Below are positions 56,301 to 64,000 of a stretch of DNA of 64,000 nt, piece after piece; the first letter of the stretch is position 1, and each line of letters opens with the position of its first letter. The position numbers were made by a program, and so were the translations under genes. Source of the DNA: Antedon mediterranea (taxonomy: Eukaryota; Animalia; Echinodermata); assembly GCF_964355755.1 (NCBI RefSeq), contig NC_092674.1:17174001-17238000 (forward strand). The letters are read 5' to 3'. The notes beneath the pieces were generated by a model. That model saw only the letters and a list, made by a program, of their open reading frames with translations, was not told the DNA's origin and did not search any database.

Positions 56301-59300
56301 TACCACCCTCAAAATATCTCATTTTCAAAAGAAATATTTATTTTCAATAAGAAAAAAAAAGCAATATCCCTAGAGGTTGGAACCCGCTACTAAGAGATCT
56401 CAAACCTGGGTATTACCCGTTACGCCACAAACCAGTAGATGACTGGAGAGCTGATAATAGTCTATTTATATGAAATTAATTATCAATCAATGAAAAATAA
56501 TGCCATGCAACTTTGTTTCTGATTTTAAAAAAAGGTCCACTTCTTTAGGCCTGACAATTACAACCCTCAAAATATCTCATTTTCAAAAACAATATTTATT
56601 TTCTATTTAAAAAAAATAATAATAAAAATATCTCTAGAGGTTCGACCCACTACTCAGAGCACTCAAACCAGAGCATTACCCGTTACGCCACAAACCAGTA
56701 GATGACTGAAGAGCTGATAATAGTCTATTTATATGAAATGAATGATCAATCAATGAAAAATAATGCCATGCAACTTTGTTTCTGATTTTAAAAAAAGGTC
56801 CACTTGTTTAGGCCTGGCATTTACAACCCTCAAAATATCTCACTTTCAAAAACAATATTTACTTTCAATTAAAAAAAAAAAAGAAAAAAAATATCCCAAG
56901 AGGTTCGAACCTACTACTGAGAGAACTCAAACCTGAGCATTACCGGTTACGCAATAAACCAGTAGATGACTGAAGAGATCATAATAGTCTATTTATATGA
57001 AATGAAAGATCAATCAATGTCAAATGATTTTATGCAACTTTGTTTCTGATTTTTAAAAAGGTCCACTTGGTAAGGCATGACATTTACAACCATAAAAATA
57101 TCTCACTATCAAAAACAATATTTATTTTCAATTAAAAAAAAAATAAAAAAATATTCCTAGAGGTTCGAACCCACTACTGAGAGAACTCAAACCTGAGCAT
57201 TACCGGTTACGCCACAACCCAGTAGATGAATGAAGAGCTAATAATAGTCTATTTATATGAAATGAATGATCAATCAATGAAAAATAATGTTATGAAACTT
57301 TGTTTCTGATTTTAAAAAAGGTCCACTTGTTTAGGCATGACATTTACAACCCTCAAAATATATCATTTTCAAAAACAATATTTATTTTCAATAAAAAAAA
57401 AAAAAATACCCGTATAGGTTCGAACCACTGCTGAGAGCACTCAAACCTGAGCATTACCCGTTACGCCACAAACCAGTAGATGACTGAAGAGCTGATAATA
57501 GTCTATTTATAAGAAATGAATGATCAATCAATGAAAAATAATGCCATGCAACTTTTTTTCTGATTGAAAAAAACATCCGTTTGTTTAGGCCTGACATTTA
57601 AAACCCTCAAAATACCTCATTTTCAAAAAAAAAAATTATTTTCAATAAGAAAAAAAAAGCAATATCCCTAGAGGTTGGAACCCGCTACTGAGAGCACTCA
57701 AACCTGGATATTACCCGTTACGCCACAAACCAGTAGATGACTGAAGAGCTGATAATATGAAATTAATGATCAATCAATGAAAAATAATGCCATGCAACTT
57801 TGTTTCTGATTTTAAAAAAGGTCCACTTCTTTAGGCCTGACATTTACAACCCTCAAAATATCTCATTTTCAACAAAATATTTTCTTTTCAATAAGAAAAA
57901 AAAAGCAATATCCCTAGAAGTTGGAACCCGCTATGGAGAGCACTCAAACCTGGGTATTACCCGTTACGCCACAAACCAGTAGATGACTGAAGAGCTGATA
58001 ATATGAAATGAATGATCAATCAATGAAAAATAATGTTATGCAACTTTGTTTCTGATTTTTAAAAAGGTGCACTTGTTTAGGCCTGACATTTACAACTATA
58101 ACAATATCTCACTTTCAAAAACAATATTTATTTAAAAAAAAAAAAAAAAAAGCAATATCCCTAAAAGTTGGAACCCGCTACTGAGAGCACTCAAACCTGG
58201 GTATTACCCGTTACGCCACAAACCAGTAGATGACTGAAGTGCTGATAATATGAAATTAATGATCAATCAATGAAAAATAATGCCATACAACTTTGTTTCT
58301 GATTTTAAAAAAGGTCCACTTCTTTAGACCTGACATTTACAACTTTCAAAATATCTCATTTTCAAACAAAATATTTATTTTCAATTAAAAAAAAAAGAAA
58401 AAAGAAATATCCCTAGAGGTTCGAACCCGCTACTAAGAGCACTCAAACCTGGGTATTACCCGTTACGCCACAAACCAGTAGATGACTGAAGAGCTGATAA
58501 TATGAAATGAATGATCAATCAATGAAAAATAATGTTATGCAACTTTGTTTCTGATTTTAAAAAAGGTCCACTTGATTAGGCCTGACATTTACAACTATAA
58601 CAATATCTCACTTTCAAAAACAATATTTATTTTTAAATAAAAAAAAAAATAGCAATATCCCTAGAAGTTGGAACCCGCTACTGAGAGCACTCTAACCTGG
58701 GTATTACCCGTTACGCCACAAACCAGTAGATGACTGAAGATCTGATAATATGAAATTAATGATCAATCAATGAAAAATAATGCCATGCAACTTTGTTTCT
58801 GATTTAAAAAAAGGTCCACTTCTTTAGGCATGACATTTACAACCCTCAAAATATCTCATTTTCAAAAAAAATATTTATTTTCAATAAAAAAAAAAGAAAA
58901 AAGAAATATCCCTAGAGGTTCGAACCCACTACTGAGAGCGCTCAGACCTGAGTATTACCCGTTTCGCCACAAACCAGTAGATGACTGAGGAGCTGATAAT
59001 AGTCTATTTATATAAAATTAATGATCAATCAATGAAAAATAATGCCATGCAACTTTGTTTCTGATTTTAAAAAAGGTCCACTTGTTTAGGCCTGACATTT
59101 ACAACCCTCAAAATATCTCACTTTCAAAAACAATATTTATTTTCAATTTAAAAAAAAAATAAATAAAAATAACGTTAGAGGTGCGAACCCACTACTGCGA
59201 GCACTCAAACTTGAGCATTACCCGCTACGCCACAAACCAGTAGATGACTGAAGAGCTAATAATACTCTATTTATATGAAATAAATAATAAATCAATGAAA

Positions 59301-61582
59301 AATAATGCCATGCAACTTTGTTTCTGATTTTAAAAAAGGTCCACTTGTTTTGGCCTGGCATTTACAACCCTCAAAATATCTTACTTTCAAAAACAATATT
59401 TATTTCCAATAAAAAAAAAAAAAGAATAAAAATACCCGTACAGGATCGAACCCACTGCTGAGAGCACTCAAACCTGAGCATTACCCGTTACGCCACAAAC
59501 CAGGAGATGACTGAAGAGCTGAAAATAGTCTATTTATATGAAATGAATGATCAATCAATGAAAAATAAGGCCATGCAACTTTGTTTCTGATTGAAAAAAA
59601 GATCCGTTTGTTTAGGCCTGACATTTACAAGTAGAACAATATCTCACTTTCAAAAACAATATTTATTTTCAAAAAAAAAAGCAAAAAAAATAAGCAATAT
59701 CCCTAGAAGTTGGAACCCGCTACTGAGAGCACTCAAACCTGGGTATTACCCGTTACGCCACAAACCAGTAGATGACTGAAGAGCTGATAATATGAAATTA
59801 ATGATCAACCAATGAAAAATAATGCCATGCAACTTTGTTTCTGATTTTAAAAAAAGGTCCACTTCTTTAGGCCTGACATTTACAACCCTCAAAATTTCTC
59901 ACTTCCAAAAACAATATTTATTTTCAATTAAAAAAAAAAGAAAAAAATATTCCTAGAGGTTCGAACTCACTACTGAGAGAACTCAAACCTGAGCATTACC
60001 GGTTACGCCACAACCCAGTAGATGAGTGAAGAGCTGATAATAGTCTATTTAAATGAAATAAATGATTAATCAATGAAAAATAATGTTATGCAACTTTGTT
60101 TCTGATTTTAAAAAAGGTCCACTTGTTTAGGCCTGACATTTACAACTATAACAATATCTCACTTTCAAAAACAGTATTTATTTTCAAATAAAAAAAAAAA
60201 GATAAAAAATATCCCTAGAAGTTCGAACCCACTATAGAAATCACTCAAACCTGAGCATTACCCGTTACGCCGCAAACCAGTAGATAACTCAAGAGCTGAT
60301 AATAGTCTATTTATATGAAATGAATGATCAATCAATGAAAAAATAATGCCATGCAACTTTGTTTCTGATTGAAAAAAGATCCATTTGTTTAGGCCTGACA
60401 TTTACAACCCTCAAAATATCTCATTTTCAAAAAAAAATTTTCTTTTCAATAAGAAAAAAAAAAGAAAAATCCCTAGAGGTTGGAACCCGCTACTGAGAGC
60501 ACTCAAACCTGGGTATTACCCGTTACGCCACAAACCAGTAGCTGACTGAAGAGCTGATAATATGAAATTAATGATCAATCAATGAAAAATAATGCCATGC
60601 AACTTTGTTTCTGATTTTAAAAAAGGTCCACTTGTTTAGGCCTGACATTTACAACCCTCAAAATATCTCACCTTCAAAAACAATATTTATTTTCAATTAA
60701 AAAAAAAAAGAAAAAAATATTCCTAGAGGCTCGAACTCACTACTGAGAGAACTCAAACCTGAGCATTACCGGTTACGCCACAACCCAGTAGGTGAGTGAA
60801 GAGCTGATAATAGTCTATTTAAATGAAATAAATGATTAATCAATGAAAAATAATGTTATGCAACTTTGTTTCTGATTTTAAAAAAGGTCCACTTGTTTAG
60901 GCCTGACATTTACAACTATACCAATATCTCACTTTCAAAAACAGTATTTATTTTCAAATAAAAAAAAAGAAAAAAAATATCCCTAGAAGTTCGAACCCAC
61001 TATTGAAATCACTCAAACCTGAGCATTACCCGTTACGCCCCAAACCAGTAGATAACTCAAGAGCTGATAATAGTCTATTTATATGAAATGAATGATCAAT
61101 CAATGAAAAAATAATGCCATGCAACTTTGTTTCTGATTGAAAAAAGATCCATTTGTTTAGGCCTGACATTTACAACCCTCAAAATATCTCATTTTCAAAA
61201 AAAAAATTTCTTTTCAATAAGAAAAAAAAAGCAAAATCCCTAGAGGTTGGAACCCGCTACTGAGAGCACTCAAACCTGGGTATTACCCGTTACGCCACAA
61301 ACCAGTAGCTGACTGAAGAGCTGATAATATGAAATGAATGATCAATCAATGAAAAATAATGCCATGCAACTTTGTTTCTGATTTTAAAAAAGGTCCACTT
61401 GTTTAGGCCTGACATTTACAACCCTCAAAATATCTCACTTTCAAAAACAATATTTATTTTCAATTAAAAAAAAAAGAAAAAAAATAACCGTATATGTTCG
61501 AACACACTGCTGAGAGCACTCAAACCTGAGCATTACCCGTTACACCACAAACCAGTTGATAACTGAAAAGCTGATAATAGTC

Positions 61583-61974
61583 TTTGTGTCAACAGAGTCC
61601 AGGACAAAACAAAGGAAACAAAACACCGAAATGGATGGAAAATGTCAATTATTATTAAATGACGAAATAACTAAATATATAATGTAAAACTACTGTAATA
61701 ATAACAAAGGGGGCAGCCACCATTGCATTATGTAGGTTATGGTATTGTTATTACATCTAATACCTTACATTACGTGAAGGCTGCCCCTGTTGAATATATA
61801 GTATTAACAATTAGCATTCCCCATTGTTATATAGAAAACGCATCATTAATATACTTGTAAAATAACCGATAATATAATATAAAAGTTATAGGTCTATACA
61901 GAATCGTAACTAACATATCGTAGAATTAATATACATAATCAAATTGAGATATAATTATTATGGGCACACACGCC
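61583..61974 (-). repeat. 392 bp direct repeat (B2, element terminus)
   Basis: tttgtgtcaacagagtccagg...gggcacacacgcc, near-identical to 62338-62729. Confidence 0.95.
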
Positions 61975-62109
61975 GTGCACACGAACACATAACAAAAATT
62001 GAGATAATTAATTAATTCTATCGTGAAACGGTCGAAAGAAGGGGTGGATGGAGGGAACAACAATTTATTGACGTGTTGGTCCGAAGGAAGGCAAAAGGAA
62101 AAGAATGTA

Positions 62110-62262
62110 CATTACTAAAACACTTATACAAAATATCCCCTGAACGCCAATGGGTCAAAGACATGACCTTCTCGAAGGTAAAAGCCATTAAACACTTATA
62201 CAAAATATTCCCCCTGAACGCCCTTGGGTCAAAAGTACACGACCTTCTCAAAAGGTAAAAGC
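62110..62262. repeat. Two imperfect ~75 bp tandem repeats within the A2 spacer
   Basis: aaacacttatacaaaatat(t)cccctgaacgcc..tgggtcaaa...gaccttctc.aaggtaaaagc occurs twice. Confidence 0.9.
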
Positions 62263-62337
62263 AATAACAGAACCCTTGGGAACATTCCTGAACTCTATCG
62301 ACACAAACCCATCTTTCATTTGGTGAAAAAATGTTCT

Positions 62338-62729
62338 TTTGTGTCAACAGAGTCCAGGACAAAACAAAGGAAACAAAACACCGAAATGGATGGAAAATGT
62401 CATTTATTATTAAATGACGAAATAACTAAATATATAATGTAAAACTACTGTAATAATAACAAAGGGGGCAGCCACCATTACATTATGTAGGTTATGGTAT
62501 TGATATTACATCTAATACCTTACATTACGTGAAGGCTGCCCCTGTTGAATATATAGTATTAACAATTAGCATTCCCCATTGTTATATAGAAAACGCACCA
62601 TTAATATACTTGTAAAATAACCGATAATATAATATAAAAGTTATAGGTCTATACAGAATCGTAACTAACATATCGTAGAATTAATATACATAATCAAATT
62701 GAGATATAATTATTATGGGCACACACGCC
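62338..62729 (-). repeat. 392 bp direct repeat (B1)
   Basis: Near-identical to 61583-61974. Confidence 0.95.
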
Positions 62730-62923
62730 AAAAACCCGACTCGCAGAGAGGGTTCCGCCCAGAAAAGTATATCGAAATAAATGCATAGGTTTGTATCTGT
62801 TTAGTTAATAGACCCAGAGCTGTGCTCAATAGGTCTGCCTGAACTACGAATGTTGTAATGAAAAGACATGCTTTGCGAGCCACAGCTCAAACAAATACAT
62901 TAGTGCGTCGGTATTAGTGAAAG

Positions 62924-63436
62924 CTAAATGTAAATCTGACATGGTGGGACTATGAACGGAAGTGTATTTATATCTGGAAAAAGTTTTTGGGCACGTGAAA
63001 TTTCCCCCCTTGATAAAAGATCCGCCAAAACATTATCGACGCCGGGAATGTGCGTTGCACGGAAGTGGATATTATGGCGGAGGCAAATTAATACTAAACG
63101 TCGTAGAAGTCGCAAAAGCAAGGTATCTTTAGCAGATTTCTTGTTGATAACAGCCACAACCGCTGAATTATCACAGCGAAATAAAATTCGGTGGTTTGCC
63201 AGTTCCGAGCCCCAAACTTCCATTGCTATGACTATGGGAAATAATTCAAGCACCGCGATTGACAGACCATTAAACGTACTACTCCATTTAATAAAGAACC
63301 ACTTATTGTGGAAAACGGCTGCGCATCCGATGGATGCCGCTGCATCGTTATATAGTCGTAGCGTAGTAGAATTAAACCAGTTATGTGGAAGAATTAGGGC
63401 TTTCCCGTTGAAGGATTCGAGAAAACCTAGCCACAT
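62924..63436 (-). pseudogene. RNase H domain of DIRS/Ngaro pol (frameshifted from RT)
   Basis: Motifs LYNDAA, IAVLELFPI, FRCDNSAVV and HIPGVDNVLADLLSR give the D-E-D-D catalytic pattern typical of DIRS-type RNase H. Confidence 0.9.
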
Positions 63437-64000
63437 GTAAATCGTCTTTTACCTCGCGCGACAGGCGAATAAAATGATTTGGATGTTTCGCTAAGGATAG
63501 GAGATTTATAAGACGGCGTAAAAAGGCTCTACCTGGTAGCACCACGCTACAGGCGTAATTCAGCAGGCCGACCATCGACTGCATGTCGCGCAGCGTAACT
63601 TTCTTCCTGGCTAAAAATTGGTTAATTTTAGTGATTGTCTTCGTAATTTTTGACATAGGTAAACGACATTCCATGGAAACAGAATCCACCTCTATGCCGT
63701 ATATCACAATGACTGTAGTTGGAAAAACGGTCTTCGAATCTTTAATGGGTACCCCAAGTGTGTTACAAAGGGAGATGAAATTAGTAAGTGCATTTTGACA
63801 AAGATTTGAATGTTTAGGACCGACAAAGAAAAAATCGTCCAGGATATGAGATATATCCGGGATATTAAATTTTGTACGCATTATCCAAACTAATGCTGTA
63901 CTGAACGATTCAAAAATGCTACATGAACGACTGGCCCCCATCGGAAGACAGCGATCGTAGTAGTATTTATTATTCCACGAGAAACCCAAAAGGTGATAAT
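63381..64000 (-). pseudogene. Reverse transcriptase domain (C-terminal part) of DIRS/Ngaro pol; continues beyond window
   Basis: Motifs YYYDRCLPMG..SCSIFESFS, HILDDF (YxDD equivalent), LGVPIKDSKT, YGIEVDS, QSMVGLLNYAC.VV.PGRAFLRRL. The reading frame shifts near 63437. Confidence 0.92.

Larger units (their letters stand above)
657..61582. repeat. Tandem satellite DNA array, ~260 bp monomer (~245 bp short variant), roughly 225 copies, all in the same orientation
   Basis: Recurring unit aatgccatgcaactttgtttctgattttaaaaaaggtccacttgtttaggcctgacatttacaaccctcaaaatatctcactttcaaaaacaatatttattttcaat(A)n...ggttcgaacccactactgagagcactcaaacctgagcattacccgttacgccacaaaccagtagatgactgaagagctgataatagtctatttatatgaaat. 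The GGTCCAC-equivalent site recurs at 1827, 2090, 2350, 2614, 2878 and 3135 (spacing 257-264). Copy number was estimated from array length. Confidence 0.99.
61583..64000 (-). mobile_element. Ngaro/DIRS-type tyrosine-recombinase retrotransposon, 3' part, defective
   Basis: DIRS-superfamily RT and RNase H ORFs followed, on the minus strand, by split direct repeats B1-A2-B2 that end at the satellite. Confidence 0.9.

Noticed and set aside
3115-59779. About 20 similar 60-71 aa ORFs (MFLILKKVH.../MFLIEKK...)
   Set aside because: These are chance open frames in the satellite monomer. Most start at TTG/ATT-type codons, the frame depends on variable poly-A length, and most monomers are frameshifted.
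657-61582. CRISPR-like array or functional tRNA gene cluster
   Set aside because: There are no unique spacers and no cas genes, and the context is eukaryotic. The tRNA-like part lacks proper acceptor, anticodon and T stems.
62018-62442. Three short ORFs in the A2/B1 region
   Set aside because: They overlap non-coding terminal repeats and a 75 bp tandem repeat, with no domain similarity.
62952-63798. Plus-strand ORFs of 162 and 71 aa
   Set aside because: They are antisense shadows of the RT/RNase H coding region.

Overview
This is an AT-rich eukaryotic window, probably from an invertebrate animal, though the host cannot be determined from sequence alone. About 61 kb (657-61582) is one head-to-tail satellite array of roughly 225 monomers (~257-264 bp, plus a ~245 bp deletion variant), homogenised by nested duplications of 0.8-9 kb. 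On the minus strand, the consensus monomer looks like a complete tRNA-type RNA polymerase III unit: TATA at -29..-36, A box, intact D-arm, B box at tRNA spacing, then an oligo-dT run. Both ends of the array abut the 3' ends (split direct repeats B1-A2-B2) of inward-pointing Ngaro/DIRS-like tyrosine-recombinase retrotransposons. Their junctions fall at mirror-symmetric positions of the same palindrome (AATAG-T-CTATT) in the monomer. The right element shows a frameshifted RT/RNase H and no recognisable recombinase ORF. The array also carries two copies of a ~697 bp non-autonomous Helentron (HINE/DINE-1-like) element, each containing two tRNA-Val-derived copies, and two unclassified insertions (~0.9 and ~0.6 kb). 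The short ORFs in the satellite are artefacts.
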